In this document: one piece after another, positions 50,935 to 61,258 of the stretch
Numbering within the stretch: the first letter of the stretch is position 1
Layout: every line of letters starts with the position of its first letter
Origin: an uncultured bacterium
GTDB taxonomy: Bacteria > Fidelibacterota > Marinisomatia > Marinisomatales > UBA1611
DNA: 64,000 nucleotides
Assembly (NCBI GenBank): GCA_965660855.1
Contig: CBFIBM010000001.1
Location: 320,001-384,000 of the forward strand
Direction: 5' to 3'
Program-made: the position numbers and the translations under genes
Notes under the pieces: model-generated
What the model saw: only the letters and a program-made list of their open reading frames with translations
What the model was told of the DNA's origin: nothing
The model's database searches: none

Positions 50935-52266
50935 ATGTCTAAAGTTGAAATAACAGGTTATGGTGATGATTTAACTGTAAATGGAATAAGAATTGGAGAT
51001 CTTACTCCTTCTCAGCATGAAAAAATAGAAATGGATAAAGGTGGACAAAATTATTCACCATTAGAGGATGTTGTTGTCTCTAAAGTAAAAGATTCTTCAA
51101 CATTAATAGCAAGAAAACCTGATCCAAGTGATATAAGTAAATACATTGAATCTGATCTCTTAGATGGGCTTTGTTGTTACTCAGCTGTTAATCAAGGGCA
51201 ACTTAATCAAACTATAGTGGATTCTGTCATCCATCATTTAAAGAATGAAAAGCTACCTACAGTTCCCAGGTCCATAAGACATAAATATATGAGTGCATTT
51301 TTATTAGCAGCAACTGGAATTTCTGATATGGACAAAGTAGTACCTAAAGTTGCTGGTGTGGAATCTTGGGAGCTTACATTTAAAATTTGCAGGCGATGGG
51401 GTTATATGGTTAAAGGAATCCCTAAAGATCAAGGTATTATGGTTGGAGCTACAGGAAACTTTCATGGAAGATCACTTGCGGCTGTTTCTATGTCTGATGA
51501 TCCGGATTCTAGAAAAGGGTTTGGTCCATTTGTTCCTGGAATTGAACTAGTAAAATTTAATGATATAGATTCCCTAAAATCTTTATTTGAAGAAAAAGGT
51601 GATAGAATCGCAGCTTTTATGGTTGAACCTATTCAAGGAGAGGCAGGAGTTATCGTTCCAGATGATAAATATCTGCCTCGAGTTTCCGAATTATGTAAAA
51701 AATATAACATATTACTAGCCGTAGATGAGGTTCAAACTGGATTTGGAAGAACTGGTGCACATTTTGCACATCAATTATATAATATCAAACCTGACATTAT
51801 GGGATGTGGTAAAGCTGCCGGTGGAGGAATTTTACCAGTATCCTTTGTTGCAGGTAGAAAAGAGGTTATAGATGTGTTAACCCCTGGAAGCGAAGGATCT
51901 ACTTTCGGTGGATATCCACTAGCATCAGTTGTTGGTACTTACGCTATTAAAGTTTTGATTGATGAGGGTTTAGCGCAAAATGCCAAGGAAAAAGGTCAAA
52001 GGTTATTGCAAAATTTAGAAGAAATTAAATTAAATTATCCAGATAAAATTATGGAAGTAAGGGGTAAAGGTTTATTAACGGCATTTGAGATGCATAATGA
52101 AAAACATTTAGATGGACATGCAATATCTGTTGGTCTGTTGGAAAAAGGTGTATATGCTAAAGAGACACATCATACTACTGTAAGAATTGCACCAGCTTTA
52201 ACAATTTCTAATGAACAAATTGATATCTTATCAGAAACTATAAATGCAGTTATAAAAGGATTATAA
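50935..52266 (+). CDS. Class III aminotransferase, ornithine aminotransferase-like
   Basis: [45 protein letters not shown]. Confidence 0.85.
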   Translation: MSKVEITGYGDDLTVNGIRIGDLTPSQHEKIEMDKGGQNYSPLEDVVVSKVKDSSTLIARKPDPSDISKYIESDLLDGLCCYSAVNQGQLNQTIVDSVIHHLKNEKLPTVPRSIRHKYMSAFLLAATGISDMDKVVPKVAGVESWELTFKICRRWGYMVKGIPKDQGIMVGATGNFHGRSLAAVSMSDDPDSRKGFGPFVPGIELVKFNDIDSLKSLFEEKGDRIAAFMVEPIQGEAGVIVPDDKYLPRVSELCKKYNILLAVDEVQTGFGRTGAHFAHQLYNIKPDIMGCGKAAGGGILPVSFVAGRKEVIDVLTPGSEGSTFGGYPLASVVGTYAIKVLIDEGLAQNAKEKGQRLLQNLEEIKLNYPDKIMEVRGKGLLTAFEMHNEKHLDGHAISVGLLEKGVYAKETHHTTVRIAPALTISNEQIDILSETINAVIKGL

Positions 52267-52270
52267 CAAA

Positions 52271-53788
52271 ATGAGTATATTAGAAACTTTAGGGATTAAA
52301 GAACTTAATTATGGGGCTTGTTTCGGTCCAGATGGATGGATAAATACTAAAAATAATGGAAATATTATTTCTACAAACCCAACAAATAATCAGGAAATTG
52401 CATCTGTAAATAACTGTAGTATAGAAGATTATAAACTAGTAGTTAATAAATCACTTGAAGCACAAAAAGAGTGGTCTAAAGTTCCTGCGCCTGAAAGAGG
52501 ACAATTGGTCAGAAGAATGGGAAATGCTCTTCGAGATTACAAGGATCCATTAGGTAGTTTAGTCTCCCTAGAAATGGGGAAAATTAAACAAGAGGGAGAT
52601 GGCGAGGTTCAAGAGATGATCGATATAGCTGACTTCGCTGTAGGTCAATCCAGGATGCTGTACGGAAAAACCATGCATTCTGAAAGAGTTGAGCATAGAA
52701 TGTATGAGCAATGGCATCCAGTTGGAATTGTTGGTGTTATAAGCGCATTTAATTTTCCAGTTGCTGTATGGAGTTGGAATGCTTTTATTGCTGCTATCTG
52801 TGGTAATTCAACAATCTGGAAACCTTCTCCATCTACGCCACTATGCGCTATAGCAGTGCAGAATATATGTAATGAAGTTTTATCTGCGAGTAATATGCCT
52901 AGCATTTTTAGTACTGTGATAGGCCCTGGATCAGTTATAGGGGAAGAAATGATTAATGATAAAAACATATCATTAGTCTCTTTTACGGGATCAACAAAAG
53001 TTGGAAGGCATGTAAATGAAATGGTTTCTAAAAGGTTTGGAAAAGTAATTTTAGAGTTAGGAGGAAATAACTGTATAATTGTAGATGAAAGTGCAGATAT
53101 GAATTTAGTAATTCCTGCTATAGTTTTTGGTGCTGTCGGAACTGCTGGGCAAAGATGTACAAGTACAAGACGTGTTTTAGTGCATCATAGCAAATATAAT
53201 GAATTAAAAACGAAGTTAATTTCTGCCTACAAACAGGTGAATATTGGAGATCCACTTGATCCAGACACACTTATGGGACCGTTAGTAGATGCAGCTGCTA
53301 TTGATAATTTCGAAAAAGCTATAACAAGAGCTAAAAAATTAGGTGGAGATGTTATCTATGGAGGTGATAAACTCAATCTTGGGGGTAATTTTATTAATCC
53401 GACTATCATAAAAGCTGAAAACGATTGGAAAGTTGTCCAAGAAGAAACGTTCGCCTCAATTTTATATTTGATGACATTTGAAAAATTAAAAGACGCTATT
53501 TTTTTACAAAATGATGTTCCTCAAGGCTTATCTTCTTCTATTTTTACTTTAAATATCAGAAGTGCCGAATTATTTTTATCTTCCCAAGGTTCAGATTGTG
53601 GAATTGCTAATGTTAATATAGGCACATCTGGGGCAGAAATTGGTGGAGCTTTTGGAGGTGAAAAAGAAACTGGTGGTGGAAGAGAATCTGGATCGGATAG
53701 CTGGAAACAATACATGCGTAGACAAACAAATACAATTAATTGGAGCAAAAAACTCCCTTTAGCTCAAGGTATTAAGTTTGATATTTAA
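52271..53788 (+). CDS. pcd: Piperideine-6-carboxylate / alpha-aminoadipic semialdehyde dehydrogenase (ALDH7 family)
   Basis: [61 protein letters not shown]. Confidence 0.88.
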   Translation: MSILETLGIKELNYGACFGPDGWINTKNNGNIISTNPTNNQEIASVNNCSIEDYKLVVNKSLEAQKEWSKVPAPERGQLVRRMGNALRDYKDPLGSLVSLEMGKIKQEGDGEVQEMIDIADFAVGQSRMLYGKTMHSERVEHRMYEQWHPVGIVGVISAFNFPVAVWSWNAFIAAICGNSTIWKPSPSTPLCAIAVQNICNEVLSASNMPSIFSTVIGPGSVIGEEMINDKNISLVSFTGSTKVGRHVNEMVSKRFGKVILELGGNNCIIVDESADMNLVIPAIVFGAVGTAGQRCTSTRRVLVHHSKYNELKTKLISAYKQVNIGDPLDPDTLMGPLVDAAAIDNFEKAITRAKKLGGDVIYGGDKLNLGGNFINPTIIKAENDWKVVQEETFASILYLMTFEKLKDAIFLQNDVPQGLSSSIFTLNIRSAELFLSSQGSDCGIANVNIGTSGAEIGGAFGGEKETGGGRESGSDSWKQYMRRQTNTINWSKKLPLAQGIKFDI

Positions 53789-53806
53789 TTCAACTATAGG
53801 ATATAA

Positions 53807-55159
53807 ATGCAGGTAAATTTTAAAAATACAAGAGAAATCATCTCTAAACATATGCTTGCGGACGGAATGTCTCCTGTAATAGACCTTGAAAAAAGCCATG
53901 GATCGTGGCTTGTTGATGGTAAAAGTGGAAGAAAGTATTTAGATCTATTTTCTATGTTTGCATCTATGTCCATTGGTTACAATCATCCATATGTATTATC
54001 TCAGAAAGAAAGATTAGCCAATGCTGCAATTAATAAGCCAACAAATTCAGATATATATTCACCTGAGATGGCAAAATTTGTTAATACATTTTCAAGAATA
54101 GCACAACCAGATTACTTACCATATTCGTTTTTTATTGAAGGTGGTGCATTAGCGGTTGAAAATGCTTTAAAAGCAGCTTTTGATTGGAAGGTTAGACTTA
54201 ACCTGTCTAAAGGAAAAAGAGAGCAAGGGAATAAAATTATTCATTTTAAAGATTGTTTTCATGGGCGGTCCGGGTATACTATGTCTCTTACTGACTCCCC
54301 AGATCCCAGAAAAGTTCAGTATTTTCCAAAATTTGATTGGCCCAGGGTAAGTAATCCAGCTATGGTTTTTCCTCTAAATGATAGGAATCTTGACCTCGTT
54401 CGTGAAAATGAGAAAATTTCTATCGATGAAATAAAAAATATAATACATAATTCTGCAGATGATATAGCAGGTTTAATTATTGAACCAATTCAAGGCGAAG
54501 GCGGTGATAATCACTTTCGAAAAGAGTTTTTGATGAAACTTAAGGAATTATCGCTAGAAAATGACTTCCTTTTAATTTTTGATGAAGTTCAAACTGGGAT
54601 TGGTATTACAGGAAAAATGTGGGCTCATCAGAGGTTTGTTGATAATAATTGTTCAATTGGATGTAAAAGCTTTTGTAAAAAAGTCATTCCAGATCTAATG
54701 AGTTTTGGAAAAAAGACTCAAGTGTGTGGAATATTAGGTGGAGAAAGATTAGATGCTATAGAAAATAATGTTTTTAAAGAATCAAGTCGTATAAATTCTA
54801 CTTTTGGTGGCAACCTGGTCGATATGGTTCGTTTTACAATTTATTTGGAAGTAATTGAAAATGAAAACCTTCTTCAAAATGCCTATGAAAACGGAAAATA
54901 TTTATTAAAATCAATTGAAACTCTTGAAAATAAATTTTCAGGTCTTGTTTCAAATTCAAGAGGGAAGGGTTTATGGTGTGCTTATGATCTCCCAGATCCT
55001 AATACACGAGATCGTCTTATTGAACTCATCCATGAAGAGGGAGCTATTATACTTGGTTCTGGGCACCGATCAATTCGATTTAGACCACATCTAAATATTA
55101 CAAAAGAAGAGATAGATATAGCAGGAGATATGATGAAATCTGCTCTATTAAAACTTTAA
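53807..55159 (+). CDS. lat: L-lysine 6-aminotransferase
   Basis: HMLADG, KPTNSDIY, FFIEGGALAVENALKAAFDWK, EPIQGEGGDNHF, FGKKTQVCG, SRINSTFGGN. Confidence 0.92.
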   Translation: MQVNFKNTREIISKHMLADGMSPVIDLEKSHGSWLVDGKSGRKYLDLFSMFASMSIGYNHPYVLSQKERLANAAINKPTNSDIYSPEMAKFVNTFSRIAQPDYLPYSFFIEGGALAVENALKAAFDWKVRLNLSKGKREQGNKIIHFKDCFHGRSGYTMSLTDSPDPRKVQYFPKFDWPRVSNPAMVFPLNDRNLDLVRENEKISIDEIKNIIHNSADDIAGLIIEPIQGEGGDNHFRKEFLMKLKELSLENDFLLIFDEVQTGIGITGKMWAHQRFVDNNCSIGCKSFCKKVIPDLMSFGKKTQVCGILGGERLDAIENNVFKESSRINSTFGGNLVDMVRFTIYLEVIENENLLQNAYENGKYLLKSIETLENKFSGLVSNSRGKGLWCAYDLPDPNTRDRLIELIHEEGAIILGSGHRSIRFRPHLNITKEEIDIAGDMMKSALLKL

Positions 55160-55161
55160 TT

Positions 55162-55860
55162 TTGGATTCTCAATCGGGTATATTATACTTAGTTTCTACT
55201 CCAATAGGAAACCTTGGTGATATTACATTTAGAGCCATTGAAACGTTGAAGAAAGTTAATGTTATTGCTGCAGAGGACACTAGGCATTCAAGACGTTTAT
55301 TAAATCACTATGGAATAAAAACACCTTTGCTATCATATTATGAGCATAATAGAGATATGAGAATTCCTAAGATAATTGAAACCATAAAGTCTGGTGATAG
55401 TGTTTCATTAATAACGGATGCTGGAACACCTGCAATCTCCGATCCCGCTTATAAATTAGTAAGATTTGCTATTGAGAATAAGATTAAAGTAGAGTCAATA
55501 CCAGGTGCATCAGCCGTCTTAGCTTCATTAGTTCCGTCCGGTTTGCCTACGGATAGATTTATCTTTGAAGGATTTCTTCCTCTTAAAAAGGGTAGGATAA
55601 AAAGAATCAAATCTATGCAGGATGAGATCGCTACAATTATTCTTTATGAATCACCAAAAAGATTAACACGGACTTTAAGACAACTTACAGAAATATTAGG
55701 GGATAGACCGGCAGTGGTTGCGAGGGAATTAACTAAAATTCACGAAGAATATGTTAGAGGAACCTTAAAAGATTTGTATGCTCATTTTATTGAAAAATCT
55801 CCAAAAGGAGAATGCGTAATTTTAATTGGAAAAAAGGATGAGAATGTCCACTTCAATTAA
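55162..55860 (+). CDS. rsmI: 16S rRNA C1402 2'-O-methyltransferase
   Basis: LYLVSTPIGNLGDIT, AEDTR, DAGTPAISDP, YESPKR, RELTKIHEE. Confidence 0.95.
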   Translation: MDSQSGILYLVSTPIGNLGDITFRAIETLKKVNVIAAEDTRHSRRLLNHYGIKTPLLSYYEHNRDMRIPKIIETIKSGDSVSLITDAGTPAISDPAYKLVRFAIENKIKVESIPGASAVLASLVPSGLPTDRFIFEGFLPLKKGRIKRIKSMQDEIATIILYESPKRLTRTLRQLTEILGDRPAVVARELTKIHEEYVRGTLKDLYAHFIEKSPKGECVILIGKKDENVHFN

Positions 55861-56464
55861 GTCAGTTTTTATATCTTTTGAAGGGATTGATGGTTGTGGA
55901 AAATCAACCCAGGTAAAATTACTCATGAAAAAACTTTATGATCAAAAAATCAAAGCTATTTTAGTAAGGGAACCAGGAAGTTCTAAAATTGCTGAAGATA
56001 TAAGATCAATTTTATTAGATAATAAAAATAGTGATATGTCAAGTCAAACAGAAGCACTCCTAATGACTGCATCGAGAGCACAACTTACTAGAGAAGTAAT
56101 TATTCCAAAATTAGAGGATGGCTATGTTATAGTTGCCGATCGATTTCAAGATTCCACTATTGCTTATCAAGGTGGAGGAAGAGGTTTGGATGTATCTTTT
56201 CTTAGAAATTTAAATTTATTTGCAACTGAAAAACTAGTTCCTGATTTGACATTTTATTTGGATGTTACAGTAGAGGAAGGCTATAGAAGAGTAAATAAAA
56301 AAATATTTGATCGTATTGAAAATGCTGGAAAACATTTTCAATCTAGAGTGAGAACAGAATACTTAAAGTTAGTAGAAAAAGAACCTAATAGAGTTATTTT
56401 AGTAGATGGTAATGATTCTGTAGAAAAAATACATTCTATTATTTGGAATAAAATATCAAATTAA
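55844..56464 (+). CDS. tmk: Thymidylate kinase
   Basis: FISFEGIDGCGKSTQ, REPG, ADRF.DSTIAYQG, PDLT; ATG 55844 follows AAGGA. Confidence 0.95.
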   Translation: MSTSIKSVFISFEGIDGCGKSTQVKLLMKKLYDQKIKAILVREPGSSKIAEDIRSILLDNKNSDMSSQTEALLMTASRAQLTREVIIPKLEDGYVIVADRFQDSTIAYQGGGRGLDVSFLRNLNLFATEKLVPDLTFYLDVTVEEGYRRVNKKIFDRIENAGKHFQSRVRTEYLKLVEKEPNRVILVDGNDSVEKIHSIIWNKISN

Positions 56465-56479
56465 AGAGTTAACAATTAA

Positions 56480-58105
56480 ATGCTAAATATTTACAAAATT
56501 TCTATAATTATAATAATCAATTTAAATTTTATTTATCCAAGTAAAAATGTCTACAAACAGGTTAGAAAAAATCAATCTTTAATTAATGACGTCTATCGAC
56601 ATTTAGTTACTAATTATGTTGATGATATTGATTTAGACACGTTTACAAAATTAAGTATAAATAATATGCTTCTTGAATTAGACCCCTACACAGTCTACAT
56701 GGAAGATGAAGAAAAAAGTGGCATAGAAATGTTAACTAAAGGAAAATACGGAGGTGTAGGAATTCAAATTGGTAAAAGAGAAAAGGTATTAACTGTAATC
56801 TCCCCAATGGAGGATTCACCAGCAAAAAAAGCTGGAATCATGAGTGGAGATAAAATTATAAAAATAGATCAACAAGATACTGAAAATTTATCAATGGATG
56901 ATGCTGCTAAATTAATTCGAGGACAAAAAGGTACAAACATTACATTAAGTATAAAAAGATACGGTGAAAATGAACTAATTGACTTTGATTTAAAAAGAGA
57001 AAATATTAAAGTGAAAGATGTCTCATTTTCTGGTAAATTAGATGAATCAACCGGTTACATTCGACTAACAAGGTTTTCAAGAAATTCAGATAATGAGTTA
57101 AAAATATCTATCGAAAAACTTTTAGAAGACAAAATAGATGGTTTGATAATAGATTTGAGAGATAACCCAGGCGGGCTATTAAATGCTGCTGTGAATATAC
57201 TAGATTTATTTACTCCAGAAAATCAGTTATTAGTTTGGACTGAGGGGAAAACACAAAAGTCTCAAAAAAAATATTTAAGTAAGAATCCAGCATTAGTACC
57301 TGAAGATTTAAAAGTTACTGTTTTAGTTAATCAGGGTAGTGCATCAGCTAGTGAAATTGTTGCGGGCGTTCTACAAGACCTTGATAGAGCAGTTGTTATT
57401 GGTAGGTCAACATTTGGAAAAGGTTTGGTTCAAACTGTTTATAATATCGATAGAGATAGATCTCTGAAAATAACCACAGCAAAATATTATATTCCGAGCG
57501 GACGTTTAATTCAAAAACCGGGATATCTACCAGATGAAATATTAGCGGATACTTCAAAACAAGATACTCTTTTTTACACTAAAAGTGGTAGGAAAGTTTC
57601 GGGTGCAGGTGGAATAGTTCCAGATTATGAAATTGAATTAGATAAGATAAGTCCAATATTATCTGCATCATGGAGGCAAGGTCTCTTTTTTAATTTTGTC
57701 CAGAAAAATAAGATGAACTATGAACAATTTTCAGATGTATTAAAAGATAATGACCTAATGAATAAATTTGAAGAGTATATTTACTCAAATGACCTAGATA
57801 TTTATATGAAAGGAGAGTATAAGTATTTAGAAATGAAAGAACTAATGTTAGAATTAGATTCAACTAGTGTTCAGATACAAGGTGGTTTAGATATTTTGGA
57901 TTCTTATTTTGAAGAAATGGCATTAACTCAATTTGAGAAGGAAAAAGATAAACTTAGCCATCATCTAGTAGTTGAATTCGCAGATCATTTTAACGGTACA
58001 AAAGCAAAAACAAAATTAATGGCTGAAAAAGACAAAGATATAATTAAAGCTTTAGAAATTATGGAAGATCAAATGTCCTATAAAAATGTATTTATTCCTC
58101 AATAA
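56480..58105 (+). CDS. S41 carboxy-terminal processing protease
   Basis: LDPYT, GVGI PDZ, DLRDNPGG, SASASEI, TFGKGLVQ, AKYYIPSGR. Confidence 0.93.
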   Translation: MLNIYKISIIIIINLNFIYPSKNVYKQVRKNQSLINDVYRHLVTNYVDDIDLDTFTKLSINNMLLELDPYTVYMEDEEKSGIEMLTKGKYGGVGIQIGKREKVLTVISPMEDSPAKKAGIMSGDKIIKIDQQDTENLSMDDAAKLIRGQKGTNITLSIKRYGENELIDFDLKRENIKVKDVSFSGKLDESTGYIRLTRFSRNSDNELKISIEKLLEDKIDGLIIDLRDNPGGLLNAAVNILDLFTPENQLLVWTEGKTQKSQKKYLSKNPALVPEDLKVTVLVNQGSASASEIVAGVLQDLDRAVVIGRSTFGKGLVQTVYNIDRDRSLKITTAKYYIPSGRLIQKPGYLPDEILADTSKQDTLFYTKSGRKVSGAGGIVPDYEIELDKISPILSASWRQGLFFNFVQKNKMNYEQFSDVLKDNDLMNKFEEYIYSNDLDIYMKGEYKYLEMKELMLELDSTSVQIQGGLDILDSYFEEMALTQFEKEKDKLSHHLVVEFADHFNGTKAKTKLMAEKDKDIIKALEIMEDQMSYKNVFIPQ

Positions 58106-58152
58106 TATATATTATTTAATAAAAAACTTATATTAATTTCTGTTTAAATATA

Positions 58153-58226
58153 GGGCGATTAGCTCAGTTGGTTAGAGCGCTACGTTGACATCGTAGAGGT
58201 CGGCGGTTCGACTCCGTCATCGCCCA
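58153..58226 (+). tRNA. tRNA-Val(GAC), CCA not encoded
   Basis: GGGCGAT/ATCGCCC acceptor stem, anticodon arm CTACG-TTGACAT-CGTAG, GGTTCGACTCC T-arm. Confidence 0.97.
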
Positions 58227-58233
58227 CTACATA

Positions 58234-60180
58234 ATGAAAAAAATAAAAATAACATTACCAGATAATTCAATAAAAGAAGTAGATCATGGATCCACTCCAT
58301 CTGATGTAGCTCTTCAGATTGGTCCTGGGTTAGCACGATCTGTTGTTGTTGCAAAAGCTAATAATGTTTTGGTAGATCTTAATATACCTTTGACCGAAGA
58401 TTGTAATCTTCAATTATTTAATGGTGAAACAGAAGAAGGACATGATACCTTATTACATTCTACAGCGCATTTAATGGCACAAGCAGTTAAAGAAATATAT
58501 CCAAATGCAAAAGTAACTATTGGGCCAACTATTCAAAACGGATTTTATTATGATTTCGATGTAGACACTCCATTCACTGAAAAAAATCTTGAAGAAATTG
58601 AATTGAAAATGAAAGAGCTTGCAAAATCATCTCAAGAAATTATTCGCGATGAAATATCTGTTGATGAGGCAATAGAGAAATTTGAAGAAATGGGAGAGTC
58701 ATATAAAGTTGATATTGTTAAGAACATAGATAAAAGTGAAATTCTCTCTACATATACTCAAACTAATTTCATGGACCTTTGTAGAGGTCCACATGTATCA
58801 AATACATCGAAGATCAAATATTTTAAGCTCACTTCAACCTCTGGCGCATATTGGCGTGGAGATGAAAAGAATAAGATGCTACAGAGAATTTATGGTACAG
58901 TTTTTTCAAATAAAGATCTTTTGAAAAAGCATCTTCAAAACCTGGAAGAAGCAAAAAAAAGAGATCACAGAAAACTAGGTAAGGAGCTAAGTATTTATTT
59001 ATTTGATGATGAAATTGGTTCTGGCCTACCTTTGTGGTTGCCAAATGGTACGATTATTATTGAAGAATTAGAAAAGTTAGCTAAAGAAACAGAGCAGAAA
59101 GCAAGTTATCAACGCGTTCGTACTCCTCATCTTACAAAAGGATCTCTTTATGATAAATCAGGTCATTTAGAACATTATAAAGACTCAATGTATCCAGCTA
59201 TGGATATTGATGGAACTGAATATTATATCAAACCTATGAATTGCCCTCATCATCATAAAATTTATTCATCTTCCCCAAAAAGCTACAGAGATCTACCTGT
59301 AAGGCTAGCTGAATATGGAACATGCTATAGATATGAAAAGTCAGGGCAATTATTTGGATTAATGAGAGTTAGAAGTTTACAAATGAATGATGCTCATATC
59401 TATTGTACAAAAGATCAATTTAAAGATGAATTTTTAGCTGTATGTAATATGTACCTTGAATATTTTAAAATATTTGATATTCAAAAATATTCAATGAGAC
59501 TCAGTTTGCATAGTAACGAGGGTCTAGGTGAAAAATATGTAAATAATCCTGAACTTTGGGAGAAGACAGAATCTTGGGTTAGGGAAGTTCTGGTTGATGG
59601 TGGCTTTGATTTTGTTGAATCGAAGGGTGAAGCTGCTTTTTACGGACCCAAAATTGATGTTCAAGTATGGAGCGCAGTTGGAAAAGAATTTACTTTAGCA
59701 ACTAATCAGGTAGATTTTGCTGTTCCGGAAAAATTCAACTTAACCTACAAAGATGAAAAAGGTCTAGAAAAAACCCCTCTATGTATTCATAGGGCTCCAC
59801 TTGGCACCCATGAAAGGTTTATTGGATTTCTTATTGAACATTTTGGAGGTAATTTCCCACTCTGGTTAGCACCAATACAAGTTGCTGTTCTTCCAGTATC
59901 TGATAAAGTGTTAGATTATGCAAATATCATAGTAGAAGAATTAAAATCCATAAATATAAGGGTTGATTTAAATAGTAAGTCTGAAAAAATAGGTTCAAAA
60001 ATAAGACAAGCTGAATTAAATAAAATAAATATAATGCTTATTTTGGGTGAAAAAGAAAAAAATGAAAAAACTGTATCTTTAAGGAGACGTTTTGATGGAG
60101 ATATGGGTAAATTACACTTAAATGAATTAAAAGAAATATTATTAACTGAAATAAAAAACAGGAGGCTTACTCATAGCTAA
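58234..60180 (+). CDS. thrS: Threonine--tRNA ligase
   Basis: TGS domain, HSTAHLMA, DLCRGPH, RDHRKLG, KPMNCP, FYGPKID, HRA. Confidence 0.98.
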   Translation: MKKIKITLPDNSIKEVDHGSTPSDVALQIGPGLARSVVVAKANNVLVDLNIPLTEDCNLQLFNGETEEGHDTLLHSTAHLMAQAVKEIYPNAKVTIGPTIQNGFYYDFDVDTPFTEKNLEEIELKMKELAKSSQEIIRDEISVDEAIEKFEEMGESYKVDIVKNIDKSEILSTYTQTNFMDLCRGPHVSNTSKIKYFKLTSTSGAYWRGDEKNKMLQRIYGTVFSNKDLLKKHLQNLEEAKKRDHRKLGKELSIYLFDDEIGSGLPLWLPNGTIIIEELEKLAKETEQKASYQRVRTPHLTKGSLYDKSGHLEHYKDSMYPAMDIDGTEYYIKPMNCPHHHKIYSSSPKSYRDLPVRLAEYGTCYRYEKSGQLFGLMRVRSLQMNDAHIYCTKDQFKDEFLAVCNMYLEYFKIFDIQKYSMRLSLHSNEGLGEKYVNNPELWEKTESWVREVLVDGGFDFVESKGEAAFYGPKIDVQVWSAVGKEFTLATNQVDFAVPEKFNLTYKDEKGLEKTPLCIHRAPLGTHERFIGFLIEHFGGNFPLWLAPIQVAVLPVSDKVLDYANIIVEELKSINIRVDLNSKSEKIGSKIRQAELNKINIMLILGEKEKNEKTVSLRRRFDGDMGKLHLNELKEILLTEIKNRRLTHS

Positions 60181-60685
60181 AAAGCAAAAGCAACGTATAA
60201 ATAATGATATTACTTCCATTGAAGTAAGGTTAATTGGACAAGATGGTGAACAGTTCGGTGTTGTTCCTATTGAAGTTGCACTAAATAAAGCCCAAGATTT
60301 TGGTCTAGATCTTATGGAAGTTTCGCCTAATGCAAAACCTCCAGTTTGTAAAATTGTAGATCATGGAAAACTAAAATACGAAGAGAAAAAGAAACAGCAA
60401 ATTAATAAAAAAAAGCAACACGTTGTTAAATTAAAAGAGATTAGACTCAGGCCAAGAATTGAAGAACATGATCTTATGACTAAATTAAATCATGGCAGAA
60501 AATTTCTTTCCGAAGGAGCTAAACTTAAAGTAACTTTGATGTTTCGTGGGCGTGAGTTAGCACGAATTGACTTAGGAAAAATTGTAATGAATAGAGTTTT
60601 AGAAGAATTGGCAGATGTGGCTGAGGTTGAAAAGGATATTCCCCTTGAAGGCCGACGCATGTCAATGATCCTTAATGCTAAATAG
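60173..60685 (+). CDS. infC: Translation initiation factor IF-3 with ATA start
   Basis: AGGAGG 60160-60165, ATA 60173 in frame: AKKQKQRINNDITSIEVRLIGQDGEQFGVV...DLMEVSPNAKPPVCK. Confidence 0.92.
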   Translation: MAKKQKQRINNDITSIEVRLIGQDGEQFGVVPIEVALNKAQDFGLDLMEVSPNAKPPVCKIVDHGKLKYEEKKKQQINKKKQHVVKLKEIRLRPRIEEHDLMTKLNHGRKFLSEGAKLKVTLMFRGRELARIDLGKIVMNRVLEELADVAEVEKDIPLEGRRMSMILNAK

Positions 60686-60694
60686 GAGTACTGG

Positions 60695-60889
60695 ATGCCT
60701 AAAATGAAAACAAGGCGCGGAGCCGCGAAGCGGTTTAAAATCTCAGGTTCCGGCAGGATTAAACGAAACAAAGCAAACCATAGACATATGCTAGTTCGCA
60801 GATCAAACAAGGTAAAGAGAAAAATGAGGCAGACAGGTGTTCTAGCACCAGGTGACCTTAAACTTGTTAAAGCGATGCTAGGCGTCTAA
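60695..60889 (+). CDS. rpmI: 50S ribosomal protein L35
   Basis: MPKMKTRRGAAKRFK; operon position. Confidence 0.97.
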   Translation: MPKMKTRRGAAKRFKISGSGRIKRNKANHRHMLVRRSNKVKRKMRQTGVLAPGDLKLVKAMLGV

Positions 60890-60908
60890 AAACTGGAGAC
60901 GATAAAAT

Positions 60909-61253
60909 ATGCCAAGAGCAAATAGTTCCGTTCCACGACATCGTCGTCATCGGAAAATCGTCAAGCAGGCCAAAGGCTACTATGGTGCCCGGAGCCGCAC
61001 ATTTAAATCTGCAAAAGATGCAGTGGTTAAAGCAGGTCTCTATGCATATAGAGATAGGCGTCAGAGGAAGCGGATGTTCCGCAGACTCTGGATCACAAGA
61101 ATCAATGCAGCGTGCCGGCTTAATGGTACTACGTATTCAATATTTATAAATGGTCTGAAGACAAAAGGTATTGACTTGGATCGGAAAATTCTAGCTGACA
61201 TGGCCGTGAATGATCCGCAAGCCTTTACCGCATTGACAGTATCAGTTAAGTAG
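60909..61253 (+). CDS. rplT: 50S ribosomal protein L20
   Basis: [32 protein letters not shown]. Confidence 0.98.
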   Translation: MPRANSSVPRHRRHRKIVKQAKGYYGARSRTFKSAKDAVVKAGLYAYRDRRQRKRMFRRLWITRINAACRLNGTTYSIFINGLKTKGIDLDRKILADMAVNDPQAFTALTVSVK

Positions 61254-61258
61254 CTGGT

